NCBI GenBank assembly: GCA_030603385.1
Contig: JAUVXW010000005.1
Coordinates: forward strand, 32,001 to 96,000
DNA length: 64,000 nucleotides
DNA from: Promethearchaeota archaeon
Lineage (GTDB): Archaea > Asgardarchaeota > Lokiarchaeia > Sigyniarchaeales > SOKP01
Direction of reading: 5' to 3'
Shown here: piece after piece, positions 37,469-48,113 of the stretch
Numbering within the stretch: position 1 is the first letter of the stretch
How the letters are laid out: the number at the start of each line of letters is the position of its first letter
Made by a program: the position numbers and the translations under genes
The notes under the pieces: generated by a model
What the model was told of the DNA's origin: nothing
The model's input: only the letters and a program-made list of their open reading frames with translations
The model's database searches: none

Positions 37469-38122
37469 TTGGAGGTAGATTTAATGAAAGTTGGGATAAT
37501 TGGAACAGGAAGTTTAGGGAGTGCTCTTGGAAAAATTTGGGCAGAAAAGGGCCATATGATTATGTATGGCTCTCGAGATCCTCAGAAAGCAAAAAAGTTA
37601 GCTAATTCAATCGGATCTAATGCAAGTGGAGGAACCTATGAAGAAGCTGCAAAATTTAGTGATGTTGTCATTCTTGCAGTTCCATGGTCAGGAGCAAAAG
37701 AATCAATCAAAGCAGCAGGAGATTTAGATGGTAAGATTATTGTAGATTCTACTACTACTGCTGCACCTCATTTGGGTGGGCCTTTAATAGGACGTACTCC
37801 CTCTGCAGCAGAAAAAGTCGTAAAATGGGCAGTAGGGGCTAAAGTAATAAAAGCAGTTCATACTATTGGTGTAGAAAGTTTAAATAAATTACAGTTTGGT
37901 TCCCAACAAGCAAGTTTATTTATTTGTGGAGACAATTTAGAAGCAAAATCAATTGTTCGTACTTTAGGAGAAGATATCGGTTTTGAAGTAATAGATGCTG
38001 GTCCACTCACAAATGCGAGGCTTACTGAACCCCTCGGGATGCTTTGGATTGAATTAGCTTACAAACAAGGTATGGGTACGGACATAGCGTTCAAATTATT
38101 ACGACGTAGGAAAGCTAAATGA
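37469..38122 (+). CDS. NADPH-dependent F420 reductase family (dinucleotide-binding) protein
   Basis: GTGSLG Rossmann motif, 'GSRDP', 'ILAVPW', 'VIKA', 'CGDN..AK', 'DAGPL..AR..EP'. Confidence 0.85.
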   Translation: MEVDLMKVGIIGTGSLGSALGKIWAEKGHMIMYGSRDPQKAKKLANSIGSNASGGTYEEAAKFSDVVILAVPWSGAKESIKAAGDLDGKIIVDSTTTAAPHLGGPLIGRTPSAAEKVVKWAVGAKVIKAVHTIGVESLNKLQFGSQQASLFICGDNLEAKSIVRTLGEDIGFEVIDAGPLTNARLTEPLGMLWIELAYKQGMGTDIAFKLLRRRKAK

Positions 38123-38197
38123 AAGATTTATCAAATTAAGTTTTACTACTTTTTTTATTTTATATTTACTTTATTAAGAGATAATATAGCGATACTT

Positions 38198-39178
38198 TTG
38201 GTATACTTTAATAAGAATGATTATCAGTATAGAATTATGAAAATTTCAAATTTTAATACTAATTCTCCACTTATTCATACTTATTCTATCGTGGCAAGAG
38301 ATCCAAAAACAGGACAAATGGGTGTAGGAGTACAGAGTCATTATTTCTCAGTAGGTTCCGTTGTAGATTGGGGGCGTTCTGGAGTTGGTGTAGTAGCCAC
38401 ACAATCGTTTGTAAACAAATCTTTTGGATTAAGAGGTCTTGATCTAATGGAACAAGGAAAATCACCAGAAGAAGCATTAAAGATATTACTTTCAGATGAC
38501 GAAGGAAAAGATGTAAGACAAGTTGCTTTATTAGATAATCAAGGTAAGACCGCTGTTCATACGGGATCAAAGTGTATTAAATATGCTGGGCATGAAAAAG
38601 GAGAGAATTTTTCAGTTCAAGCAAATATGATGTTAACGGATAAAGTTTGGCCAGCTATGGCTAAGGCTTTTAAAAAAAATAAAAACTTACCTCTACCTGA
38701 GAGAATAGTAAAGACATTGGAGGCAGCAGAAGCAGAAGGAGGAGATATAAGAGGAAAGCAATCAGCAGCCATATTAATTGTAAAAGGTGAGCAAGTCGAA
38801 AACAAATGGGACGATCCTTTTATTGACATTAGGGTTGAAGATCATCCTGAACCTTTAAAAGAACTTAATAGACTATTGAAACTCTGGAGAGCTTATGAAA
38901 ATATGGATAAAGGAGATATTGCTATGGAAAAAGGCGATACAAATAAAGCCCTAGAAGAGTATAACAATGCAAGAGAAATGTTCCCTGACAATCTTGAAAT
39001 GAAATATTGGACAGCCATATCTCTAGCTAATAAAAATCAAATTGAGGCGGCATTACCACTATTAAAAGAAATTTTTGAAAAGGATAATAATTGGCGAATA
39101 CTTACGGAAAGGCTCCCCGAAGTGGAAATATTAAATATATCAGAAAATGATTTGAATAAAATATTAAATTTAACGTGA
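38198..39178 (+). CDS. DUF1028 (Ntn-hydrolase-like) protein with C-terminal TPR
   Basis: 'TYSIVARD..TG..GVGVQSH', 'ATQS', 'RQV', 'QANMM', 'GGDIRGKQSAA', 'RVEDH..P..EL.RL'. Confidence 0.85.
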   Translation: MVYFNKNDYQYRIMKISNFNTNSPLIHTYSIVARDPKTGQMGVGVQSHYFSVGSVVDWGRSGVGVVATQSFVNKSFGLRGLDLMEQGKSPEEALKILLSDDEGKDVRQVALLDNQGKTAVHTGSKCIKYAGHEKGENFSVQANMMLTDKVWPAMAKAFKKNKNLPLPERIVKTLEAAEAEGGDIRGKQSAAILIVKGEQVENKWDDPFIDIRVEDHPEPLKELNRLLKLWRAYENMDKGDIAMEKGDTNKALEEYNNAREMFPDNLEMKYWTAISLANKNQIEAALPLLKEIFEKDNNWRILTERLPEVEILNISENDLNKILNLT

Positions 39179-40233
39179 AAAGTATGAAAGTTGCACGATA
39201 TTATAATAATAATGATATAAGAGAAGACGAAATCCCTAAACCTGTAATTGGTCCAGGAGAAATTTTAGTAAAAGTAAAAAAATCTGGGATTTGTGGTTCA
39301 GATATACTAGAATATTATCGATTTGCTAAAATGAAGAAATTAGGTGTCGATTCTCTAATTTTAGGTCACGAAATAGCAGGCGACATTGTTGAGAAAAGTG
39401 AAACAGTCAAACATTTGAAAGTTGGGGATCGTGTATTTGTTTCTCATCATGTGCCTTGTTTTGAATGTCATTATTGTAAACAAGGGCATCAAACTGCTTG
39501 TAACTTACTCCATAATACTAATTATGATCCTGGTGGCTTTGCTGAATTTGTACGTATACCTAAGATCAATATTGAAAAAAAAGGTGTATATGTTTTAGAT
39601 AGAAGCGTATCTTATGAAGAGGCTGTCTTTATAGAACCACTTGGTTGTGTATGTCGAGCACAACGATTGGCGAATGTGAAGAAAGGATTAACTGTTTTAA
39701 TTTTAGGATGTGGCACATCAGGATTATTACATATACAATTGGCGAAAGTTAGGGGCGTAAAAAATATTATTGCCACCGATATAAATGAGTTTAGACTTCA
39801 GAAAGCAAAAGAATTCGGGGCTGATACTGTATTTCATGCTAATGTAGATCTTACAAGAGAAATTCAAGAAATAAACAAGTTTAGATTAGCCGATATTGTA
39901 ATTGTATGCACTGGGGCTACATCAGCTGCACAACAAGCCTTGGAATGTGCAGCATCAGGGAGCAAGATTATTTTCTTTGCAGTTCCAGAGCCAGGTATTA
40001 ACCTTGAAGTCCCTATTAATAAATATTGGAGAAATGAAATAACAATTATGACATCTTATGGGGCAGCTCCGCAAAATCTTGATGAGGCATATAATTGGAT
40101 TCTCTCAAAAAGAATTAACGTTGTAGATTTAATCACCCATAGATTTCCACTTTCTAAAGCTAAGGAAGCATTTAAAGTTGTATGCGAAGCAAAAGAATCT
40201 ATAAAAGTAATTTTAAAAACAGAAGGGGATTAA
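39175..40233 (+). CDS. Zn-dependent alcohol dehydrogenase (sorbitol/threonine dehydrogenase-like)
   Basis: GICGSD, GHE, CxxCxxCx7C structural Zn site, GCGTSG. Confidence 0.9.
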   Translation: MKSMKVARYYNNNDIREDEIPKPVIGPGEILVKVKKSGICGSDILEYYRFAKMKKLGVDSLILGHEIAGDIVEKSETVKHLKVGDRVFVSHHVPCFECHYCKQGHQTACNLLHNTNYDPGGFAEFVRIPKINIEKKGVYVLDRSVSYEEAVFIEPLGCVCRAQRLANVKKGLTVLILGCGTSGLLHIQLAKVRGVKNIIATDINEFRLQKAKEFGADTVFHANVDLTREIQEINKFRLADIVIVCTGATSAAQQALECAASGSKIIFFAVPEPGINLEVPINKYWRNEITIMTSYGAAPQNLDEAYNWILSKRINVVDLITHRFPLSKAKEAFKVVCEAKESIKVILKTEGD

Positions 40234-40245
40234 ACCTTCTCAATA

Positions 40246-40479
40246 TTATCCTATAAATCTTGTTTGGACTTGTTCATATAGATTAGTTCCATAAATGGTC
40301 TTTAAACTGATAAAAGACCCTAAAACTATAAGGATTATTGGTGGTACAATTATATATATGATAGCATTTTGGCCAATTACTACTTTAAATGGCCCATCTC
40401 CCTGAAGAATAGCAGCTAGTGGAAGACTTAAAGGATATCTAAAAATAAATGCCAGTATTATAGCTAATCCGTGATTCAA
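40246..40479 (-). CDS. Small hydrophobic protein or membrane-protein fragment
   Basis: 77-aa ORF with two hydrophobic stretches filling an intergenic gap. Confidence 0.3.
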   Translation of the reverse strand: MNHGLAIILAFIFRYPLSLPLAAILQGDGPFKVVIGQNAIIYIIVPPIILIVLGSFISLKTIYGTNLYEQVQTRFIG

Positions 40480-40540
40480 CTCAGTATTGGATAAAAAATA
40501 TGATAAAAATAATAAAATTAGATAGTTGCTTGCTCGAGGT

Positions 40541-41467
40541 TTATTTTAGATCTAATAGCTTAGCTGCATTTCCTCCTAAAATTGCATCAATTTCTTCTTT
40601 TGTAAAACTAATTCCAGGGGGTGCTTCTTTAGGAAGGTTTTTAATTCTTTCAATTAGGTCTTTCACAGGTAGAATAACGTCATAAATAGGACTATCAGAG
40701 CCAAAAAGCACACTTTCAACACCCACATAATCAATAATATCTCTGAGTTCTCGGCAAAATAATTCGAATTTTCCAAAAGCTAAAGGACCCCACATGGCTA
40801 AATCTCCATAGAGATTTGGATGGAATGCGGCAAGTGCAGCCCAAGGTCTCCAATTGATTTGCCCCATGTGAGCCGCAATTATTCTAAGATTAGGAAAGTC
40901 AGCTAAAATATCAGAAAGCAATGAAGGTTCAGTATATTTACTACGTCTATTCTTAAGTGGTCCAGTGTGCGTCAGTAATATTCCATTGTTTTTTTCTAAG
41001 TAATCTAATAATAGGTAGGATTCTGGACTTGTGGGATCAAATCCGTTATCTGGATGATATTTTAAACCTTTCATGCCAAATTCTTCAAAACATTGTTTCA
41101 ACATATCCAAGGCTTCTGGTCGTCTTGGATCGATACCAGCAAAAGCGATCAAGTGATGTTGATGATTATTTGCTATATCACTTATTCTTTTATTAATGAT
41201 TTGATTTACTTCTGGTGTGAGTAATTCATTATCGGCATTATCAACATGACAAACAACTGTAAAATCAATCCCTGCATTATCCATAAGTTTGATTAATTTT
41301 TTTCCATCTTTATCACCATATAACTCGGAGCATTTTTGAATTATCAAATTCTCACTCATCGTTATTCCCATAATTTTAGCCATTCTTAAAAGTTCAGGTA
41401 CCATTGCCTTAGCATTTTCACGTTTGTAATCACCTGGGATAAGATGATAATGGACATCTATTATCAT
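40541..41467 (-). CDS. Amidohydrolase_2 family protein
   Basis: 'IIDVHYH', 'GLKYHP', 'HTG', 'AHMG', 'LFGSDSP'. Confidence 0.9.
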   Translation of the reverse strand: MIIDVHYHLIPGDYKRENAKAMVPELLRMAKIMGITMSENLIIQKCSELYGDKDGKKLIKLMDNAGIDFTVVCHVDNADNELLTPEVNQIINKRISDIANNHQHHLIAFAGIDPRRPEALDMLKQCFEEFGMKGLKYHPDNGFDPTSPESYLLLDYLEKNNGILLTHTGPLKNRRSKYTEPSLLSDILADFPNLRIIAAHMGQINWRPWAALAAFHPNLYGDLAMWGPLAFGKFELFCRELRDIIDYVGVESVLFGSDSPIYDVILPVKDLIERIKNLPKEAPPGISFTKEEIDAILGGNAAKLLDLK

Positions 41468-41515
41468 TTTTTCTACCTCATTTTCTTATTATAATTTGTT
41501 AAACTCATTAACCTA

Positions 41516-42493
41516 TTAATTTTCTTGTATATTTCGAAAAAATTCACTTCGATGGAGATGTTTTCTTATTATCCATGATTCCCAAAATCTGTATACTTCC
41601 AATACAGCACCCTTCAATTTCTTTTTGGGGAAAAATAAATCCATTTTTAGTAGTTTTTTGACAATCTTATTCTCAGATGTTTCCAATACATCATGAAGTT
41701 TCAGAACTCTATCCACTTTATCTTGGTTATTTTTAATTTTGTGTCTCATATACTCAAATGGGCTTAAATCAGGATTCTTCACGACATAAGAATGGCTTGA
41801 AGTTAGAAATTTTGCGTTTTGTATGAAAAATTTCTCCGCTTTTTTGATATCTTTGATACACTGTGAAATTGAGGCTTCCTTAAATCCATACCATGGTCCA
41901 AAACCTTCGATTTCTGGTTTTGGTTTGTCAAACCCTAGACAGCTGATATGAAATATTTTTTCATCAGGTAAAAAGAACCCAACATGAGCTTTAGAGTGTC
42001 CAGAAAAAGAAATGGAATTAATGTTATAATCTTCAAACTCAAGCGTTTCTCCGGGTTTAAAAGCATTTACATTCTTACACCCTTGATATCCGTTTAATAT
42101 GGCAAATTCCTCAACAATTTCATAATCTAATTCCTCATTAAAACCGAAACCTTGGTAAAAGTTATGTAGATTCAATAAATAATTAGATTCTGGGTAAGGG
42201 GCATGTATAGTTGCTCCAATTTCTTCCCAAGCATGAACATTACATGTATGGTCAAGGTGACCATGAGAGTTAATATAATCGGATATAGGTCCATAAATGT
42301 TATTAAGCAAATTAACATATTTTTGTTCTATATTCAGATCGAGGGATATTGTACTATTATTGCGCTTTTTTTTAGGTAAAATTAAAAGTCCATCACAGCA
42401 AGAAAAAAAATATGGTGGATCTGTTTGATGAACAAGAAGTATATCTTCCGATACTTCTGTGATTTCAAGATTATCTATTTTTGGTAACCGCAT
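41516..42493 (-). CDS. MBL-fold metallo-hydrolase
   Basis: 'SHGHLDH', 'GHS..H', 'SSH'. Confidence 0.8.
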   Translation of the reverse strand: MRLPKIDNLEITEVSEDILLVHQTDPPYFFSCCDGLLILPKKKRNNSTISLDLNIEQKYVNLLNNIYGPISDYINSHGHLDHTCNVHAWEEIGATIHAPYPESNYLLNLHNFYQGFGFNEELDYEIVEEFAILNGYQGCKNVNAFKPGETLEFEDYNINSISFSGHSKAHVGFFLPDEKIFHISCLGFDKPKPEIEGFGPWYGFKEASISQCIKDIKKAEKFFIQNAKFLTSSHSYVVKNPDLSPFEYMRHKIKNNQDKVDRVLKLHDVLETSENKIVKKLLKMDLFFPKKKLKGAVLEVYRFWESWIIRKHLHRSEFFRNIQEN

Positions 42494-42526
42494 AAAGGAT
42501 CTTAAATAAAAAATAATTGTAGAAAA

Positions 42527-43318
42527 TTAGAGTCCAACCGGACCATTTTGATAGATTTCAAATGCATCATCGACTGAAGCACTTTCATGTACTATTGCCC
42601 TAACAGCTTTTATCATCCCTATTGGTTTATCTGATTGGAAAATATTTCGTCCCATGTCTACGCCAACGGCTCCCTTGTCAATTGCATTCTTTGCCATTTG
42701 TAGTGCTTCTTTTTCTGGAGTTTTCTTTCCACCTGCGATTACTATAGGTACAGGGCAAATACTTGTTACATTTTCAAAATCATCGCAATAATAAGTCTTT
42801 ACAAATGTAGCCCCCATTTCTGCTGCCATTCTACTAGCCATACCTAAATATCTATGGTCTCTAACCATTTCTCTACCAACCGCGGTGACTGCTAGTGCCG
42901 GAATACCATATTCTTGCCCCCAATTCACAAGTTTTGATAAATTCATTAAACTTTGTTTCTCAAATTCTCCCCCAACAAAAATGGAGCAAGTAATTGCTGA
43001 AACGTTTAATCTTATAGCATCTTCAATCGTTACATTAATCTCTTCATTAGAAAGTTCTTTTAACATGCTGGCTCCCGCTGATACCCTTAATACAATTGGA
43101 ATATCAAAATCGGGAGAAACACAACTTCTTAACATTCCTCGTGTAAGCATTAAAGCATCTGCATATTGAAATAATGGGTTTAAATCTCCAAAACATTTTA
43201 ATTGGCCCGGTACATTTCCAAAATATCCATGATCTATAGCTAACATTACGCAATGTCCAGATTTTGGTTTAATTATTCTTGATAATCTATTTTGCATTCC
43301 CCAATCCATTCTATTCAC
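42527..43318 (-). CDS. lsrF: LsrF-like class I aldolase/thiolase (DhnA family)
   Basis: 'MDWGMQNRLSRII', 'MLAIDHGYF', 'VKTYY', 'PIVIAGGKK', 'GVDMGRNIFQS'. Confidence 0.85.
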   Translation of the reverse strand: MNRMDWGMQNRLSRIIKPKSGHCVMLAIDHGYFGNVPGQLKCFGDLNPLFQYADALMLTRGMLRSCVSPDFDIPIVLRVSAGASMLKELSNEEINVTIEDAIRLNVSAITCSIFVGGEFEKQSLMNLSKLVNWGQEYGIPALAVTAVGREMVRDHRYLGMASRMAAEMGATFVKTYYCDDFENVTSICPVPIVIAGGKKTPEKEALQMAKNAIDKGAVGVDMGRNIFQSDKPIGMIKAVRAIVHESASVDDAFEIYQNGPVGL

Positions 43319-43414
43319 TATTTTTTGTTTATTTTTGATTTAATCTAACATTGTAAAATAATTTAGGATCATTATTTTACTTTTACTAAAATTTAGAGAT
43401 TAAAAAAAGAGTAC

Positions 43415-44263
43415 TTAAATGATACTTAAAAATTCTCCAACTCTGCTTTTTATTTTTGAAGCAAGAGTTTTAGAGATATTTCTTCGAATATATTCCTTAA
43501 TTAAATTTAAGCGATAATTACTAATCGTTTTAATTTTTAAATTTTTAGATAATTGTTCAATTAATTCATCCTCATATATTTTCTTAATATCTTGGAGGAT
43601 ATATGTAGCATGGTTAGCCTCATTTATAAGTCTTCCAATATCTTGTTGAAGAAGTTTAAGTTGTTCTTGTTCATCAATGATCTCTAAAGCTCGTTTTACA
43701 ATTCCTTCTTCAAACTTCATTTTCACATTCCAAGGAGTTTGAAAAATATGTTGCTGTGTGTCCATTATTAATGCATCCTTGTCTTTAATATTCAATTTGT
43801 TTAAAGAAGGTCCATCAAGTAAATAGATTGTTTTACTTCCACTAAAACTCTCTGGTAATATCATATCACCAACAGTGTTAAGTATTTCTTCGCTATATTC
43901 AAAATTCTTATCTTTTATGATATAGGAGGGATAATTAAATATTTTGGCATGGATCAGACTAAATATACCATAGATTCCAAACAATTGAATTAATTTTCTG
44001 AGATTGAGTCTTCTTTCCACTTCTTTATCGGTTTCAGGAGTAATTATCGCCATCTGTATATCTATTTTTTCATAGCCCCTAACAACTCCTTTTGTGTCAA
44101 CAAAAACTATAAACTGGTGCTCTGGACATACAGCATTAACGGGTACTTGAATTTTTACTGTGCCAAACTTTTTTTGTGAAAATATAGCTACTGGAATATT
44201 AATATTCTTCGTTTCTCCGCATACTGGACAAGATACTTCAAGTACTTTAAAGGTTTCACTCAT
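43415..44263 (-). CDS. Hypothetical Zn-ribbon protein (paralog of 7482..8024)
   Basis: CPVC...CPEHQFIVFVDTKGVVRGYEKID N-terminal domain plus helical C-terminus. Confidence 0.7.
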   Translation of the reverse strand: MSETFKVLEVSCPVCGETKNINIPVAIFSQKKFGTVKIQVPVNAVCPEHQFIVFVDTKGVVRGYEKIDIQMAIITPETDKEVERRLNLRKLIQLFGIYGIFSLIHAKIFNYPSYIIKDKNFEYSEEILNTVGDMILPESFSGSKTIYLLDGPSLNKLNIKDKDALIMDTQQHIFQTPWNVKMKFEEGIVKRALEIIDEQEQLKLLQQDIGRLINEANHATYILQDIKKIYEDELIEQLSKNLKIKTISNYRLNLIKEYIRRNISKTLASKIKSRVGEFLSII

Positions 44264-44392
44264 TTTACTATGTATATATTATTTAATAATACTAATAATA
44301 ATACAATAAAACTACATAAAAATTTTAACACATTTTTATCTTAAAGTAAAAATCATCAATAATGTGGATTTTTACTTCTATATAAAAGATAG

Positions 44393-45100
44393 CTACATTA
44401 AAAGTCTAACAAACGAACTTATCCACTTTTCATAGGCCATAACGTAATTATATCCACAAACTTTTTCTAATTCGCTATTCTCGATAATACTATATAATTT
44501 TTTTGCTCCTTCTATTGTTAAATCCTCTGGACCATATGGGTTTAAAACTAAATTTTCGTCTTTAAGAAATACATAATCACAAATAAAGAGTACATCCTCA
44601 AAAACAAAAAATGTAAACCCTGGTGTATGCCCGTTAATATGGAATGCTTTAATGTCGAATAATTTAAAATTTTCTTTAAATTTCTTATCAAATGGATGTT
44701 TTCTCGCAAGAACATGGTTGGAATCTTCTTTATGTATCCATATAAACGCTGTATAATATTCCCTATAAAGATTAGACGCTCCTAGAAAATGGTGATGAGT
44801 AAACAAAATTTTATCCATGGGTTCAAGATCTTTTGAAAATGTAGAAGGGCAATCAATCCAAATTTTTTTCTCACTTATCTCAATACAATATGCTGCATGT
44901 TCAAGTCCTAAGTTTGGATACGAGTTTAATCGTGCTACATTATCTTTTACTTTAGTACTTGTTATTTTATATTTTTGAGAACACTCCTTAGCCGTAATAA
45001 AATTTGTTTTAGATGATCCACAAAAAGGACACTCTTCTGGATAATAATCAATCATATTGTAGCCGCAGATCTTACAAACATATTGAGATTGGTCTAACAT
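44393..45100 (-). CDS. Rubredoxin-like Zn/Fe ribbon fused to MBL-fold domain
   Basis: 'YVCKICGY...CPFCG'; 'FTHHHF', 'GHTPG', 'CD'. Confidence 0.8.
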   Translation of the reverse strand: MLDQSQYVCKICGYNMIDYYPEECPFCGSSKTNFITAKECSQKYKITSTKVKDNVARLNSYPNLGLEHAAYCIEISEKKIWIDCPSTFSKDLEPMDKILFTHHHFLGASNLYREYYTAFIWIHKEDSNHVLARKHPFDKKFKENFKLFDIKAFHINGHTPGFTFFVFEDVLFICDYVFLKDENLVLNPYGPEDLTIEGAKKLYSIIENSELEKVCGYNYVMAYEKWISSFVRLLM

Positions 45101-45129
45101 TCTTAAAACTGAAGGTTTATCAACTAAAT

Positions 45130-46770
45130 TTATAACTTTATTATTGGTATTCCTGATAATGAACCTGTAAAGCTTCCGTTTTTTAGGGCTAATTCTCCAT
45201 TTACAAAAACATATTCAATACCTTCGGAATATAACCTTGGATTTTCATAAGTAGCCTTATCTATTATATTATCAGGATCAAATATTGTGATATCTGCACA
45301 ATATCCTTCCCTCAATAGACCACGATCCTTTAATCCTAATTTTTGAGCGGGATAAGATGTCATTCTTCTAATTGCGTCTTCTAGAATAAGTAAATTCTTT
45401 TCACGAACATATTTACCTAAAACTTGTGTGAAGCAGCCATTAGCATACGGATTGGGAAAATAATTTGGATCATTTTCTGGAATAATTCTCCCATCAGAAG
45501 CAAACATCGTAAGTGGATGAGTAATCGTTATTATATTATCCTCCTCCGTCATGGAGAGATAGGTTCCATTAACAGACCCTTCTTGTTCAATTAAAACATC
45601 AATGATAACTTGTTTTGGCTTACAATCTTTTTCAATTGCATTCTGATATACTGTTTTGCCATTGTATTGTTTACTTCCGGGTGCGTTTATATATACCTTT
45701 TTCCAATCTTCATGTTGATTGATTTTTAGAAAACTTTTACTGATTAGGTCCATATCTTTATATATTTTATTCCTTAGAGCTTCATCAGTTTTAGATTGTT
45801 TTAGCGTTTCAATAGCACCAGGAATATCTATTTTATCATTTGAGAGATATACCCATGGGGGGACTAACACAAATAAAAATGTTGAGTTTGATGCATGAGG
45901 AAAAACATCAAAGGTAACATCTAAATTGTTCGCACGAGCTTTTTCCACATATTTATATGCTTTTCTTATATCTCCTGGCCAAAATCCAAATGGTTTAAAG
46001 TGACTAATCTCTACCGATATCCCAGATCTAGCAATTTCAATAGCTTCTTTTGTAGCTCTTACGAGTCCGTTGGGAAAGCCTCTAAAGTGAGTAGTATATA
46101 TCCCATTATATTTTTTAACAACTTCACAGAGTTCAATAATCTCATCTGTTTTTGCGAATGATCCTGGGGGATAATCTAAACCAGTGGACATACCAAAAGC
46201 TCCAGCTTTCATTTCTTCTTCAAGTACCCCCTTCATCTCTTTCATTTCAATTTCAGTTGGTAATTTGTTTTCTAACCCTAATGTGTATATCCTTAATGTT
46301 GAATGGCCGATTAATGGAATTATATTAATCGGGATACCTTTCTTTTTTAAACCCTCCAGATAATCATGTAAACTATAAAAGCTAAATTCAGAATCCATCA
46401 TAGAAAGCATTGATTTGAATTGCTCATATGCCTCATCATCCTTACTTGTGTTTGGGTTTATCGGCGTCATAGAAAATCCACAGTTTCCTACTACATGGGT
46501 TGTTACTCCTTGTGTTAATATATTTTCACCACGACTGAACAGCACGGTAAAATCTGAATGTGTGTGAATATCAATAAAGCCTGGTGAAACGATAAGATTA
46601 GATGCATCAATAATTTCATCTACGTCTTTATTTGACATGTCTTGAGAAATTTCCTTTATATATCCGTTATCAATTAAGATATCTGCTTTAAACCAAGGAT
46701 TACCTGTCCCATCAATGATTTTACCATGTTTGATTAAAAATGATTTGCTAGATGATGTATTTTCCTTCAT
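45130..46770 (-). CDS. N-acyl-D-amino-acid deacylase (D-aminoacylase) family
   Basis: 'PGFIDIHTHSD', 'GNCG', 'STGLDYPPG', 'SDG', 'DRGLLREGYCADITIFD'. Confidence 0.9.
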   Translation of the reverse strand: MKENTSSSKSFLIKHGKIIDGTGNPWFKADILIDNGYIKEISQDMSNKDVDEIIDASNLIVSPGFIDIHTHSDFTVLFSRGENILTQGVTTHVVGNCGFSMTPINPNTSKDDEAYEQFKSMLSMMDSEFSFYSLHDYLEGLKKKGIPINIIPLIGHSTLRIYTLGLENKLPTEIEMKEMKGVLEEEMKAGAFGMSTGLDYPPGSFAKTDEIIELCEVVKKYNGIYTTHFRGFPNGLVRATKEAIEIARSGISVEISHFKPFGFWPGDIRKAYKYVEKARANNLDVTFDVFPHASNSTFLFVLVPPWVYLSNDKIDIPGAIETLKQSKTDEALRNKIYKDMDLISKSFLKINQHEDWKKVYINAPGSKQYNGKTVYQNAIEKDCKPKQVIIDVLIEQEGSVNGTYLSMTEEDNIITITHPLTMFASDGRIIPENDPNYFPNPYANGCFTQVLGKYVREKNLLILEDAIRRMTSYPAQKLGLKDRGLLREGYCADITIFDPDNIIDKATYENPRLYSEGIEYVFVNGELALKNGSFTGSLSGIPIIKL

Positions 46771-46913
46771 AAAATCACTATTTCCATTTTTATATGTATA
46801 TGTTTCTTTTTTTTTGTATATAAATATTGTATTTTCTTTTCTTCTAAACGTTTCTTAAGTTTTATATGTGTTAATACTGAATAATAACTTAATTCACTTA
46901 GTTGGTGTAAAAA

Positions 46914-48038
46914 ATGATATATTCTGAACCTAAAGAAATTGGAAAGGTTTTAATAAAGAATAGATTTGTTCGATCTGCTACTTATATGAGAATGGCTAAA
47001 GAAGATGGTGATATTTCAAATGAACTTCTGGAGATGTATAAAACATTAGCTAAAGGAGGTGTTGGTTTAATAATAACTGGATACGCTTATGTGCAAAAAA
47101 GCGGTATACCTTTTCCAGGTCAATTAGGCGCAGATAGAGATAGTTCAATACCAAGTTTGAAAAAGATTGCGAAAACAATACATAATAATGGTGATGGTTG
47201 TAAAGTATTTCTTCAATTGGCACACTGTGGTAGACAATCATATTTTGTTGATGAGATTGTAGCCCCTTCTGCCGTCCTTGAACCAATAACAAACAGGATG
47301 CCAAGAGAAATGACAATTGAGGAAATTGAAGAAACTGTAAATGCGTTTGCTGAAGCTTCAAGGAGAGCAATGGAAGCTAATTTCCATGGTGTGCAATTAC
47401 ATTCAGCACATGGGTATTTACTGAGCGAATTTTTATCTCCGCATACAAATAGAAGAACGGATAAATATGGAGGAAACATGAACAATAGGGTTAGAATTTT
47501 AGAAGAAATCTATAAAAAAACCACAAAATTAGTCGGCAGGGATTTTCCAATTTCAATAAAAATGAATGCTGACGATTTTCTAGAGGGAGGGTTAAAGTTA
47601 GATGAATCTAAAAAAATTGCTGAAATTTTTTCAAAGATTGGATATGCCTCGATAGAAGTAAGTGGAGGCATGTGGGAAGTATTAATGCGAAATAAGAAAG
47701 ATCTTGGGTGGCAGCCAGCAATGATACCAGAAAGTCGTTTAAATATTAACACTAGGGAAAAAGAAGCTTATCATAGGACTTATGCAAAAGAAATTAAAAA
47801 GCTAATTGATAAACCATTAATTTTAGTAGGGGGAATAAAATCACTAGATATTATTGAAGAATTATTAACTCGAGGAATTACTGATTTTGTTTCACTTAGT
47901 AGACCTTTAATTCGTGATCCAGATCTTCCGAATAAATGGTTAAAAGGAACTGGAGAAAATACTTGTAAATGTATCTCATGTAATGGATGTGTCGGTGCAG
48001 CAATGACTGGACCAGTTCATTGTACTCAAGAGAAGTAG
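46914..48038 (+). CDS. NADH:flavin oxidoreductase (old yellow enzyme family)
   Basis: 'KNRFVRSAT', 'QLAHCG', 'HSAHGYLLSEFLSP..NRRTDKYGG', C-terminal CISCNGC. Confidence 0.92.
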   Translation: MIYSEPKEIGKVLIKNRFVRSATYMRMAKEDGDISNELLEMYKTLAKGGVGLIITGYAYVQKSGIPFPGQLGADRDSSIPSLKKIAKTIHNNGDGCKVFLQLAHCGRQSYFVDEIVAPSAVLEPITNRMPREMTIEEIEETVNAFAEASRRAMEANFHGVQLHSAHGYLLSEFLSPHTNRRTDKYGGNMNNRVRILEEIYKKTTKLVGRDFPISIKMNADDFLEGGLKLDESKKIAEIFSKIGYASIEVSGGMWEVLMRNKKDLGWQPAMIPESRLNINTREKEAYHRTYAKEIKKLIDKPLILVGGIKSLDIIEELLTRGITDFVSLSRPLIRDPDLPNKWLKGTGENTCKCISCNGCVGAAMTGPVHCTQEK

Positions 48039-48113
48039 TGAATAATTTAAGATGTTCCAAAATACTATAACATGGAAGTAAGATATTAAAAAAAAGTAAT
48101 ACAAAGTTTGAAA

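Noticed and set aside
42527-43318. AI-2 quorum-sensing (lsr) system
   Set aside because: Only an LsrF-like enzyme is present; no lsrK, lsrG, lsrABCD or luxS nearby, so a general sugar-phosphate role is more likely.
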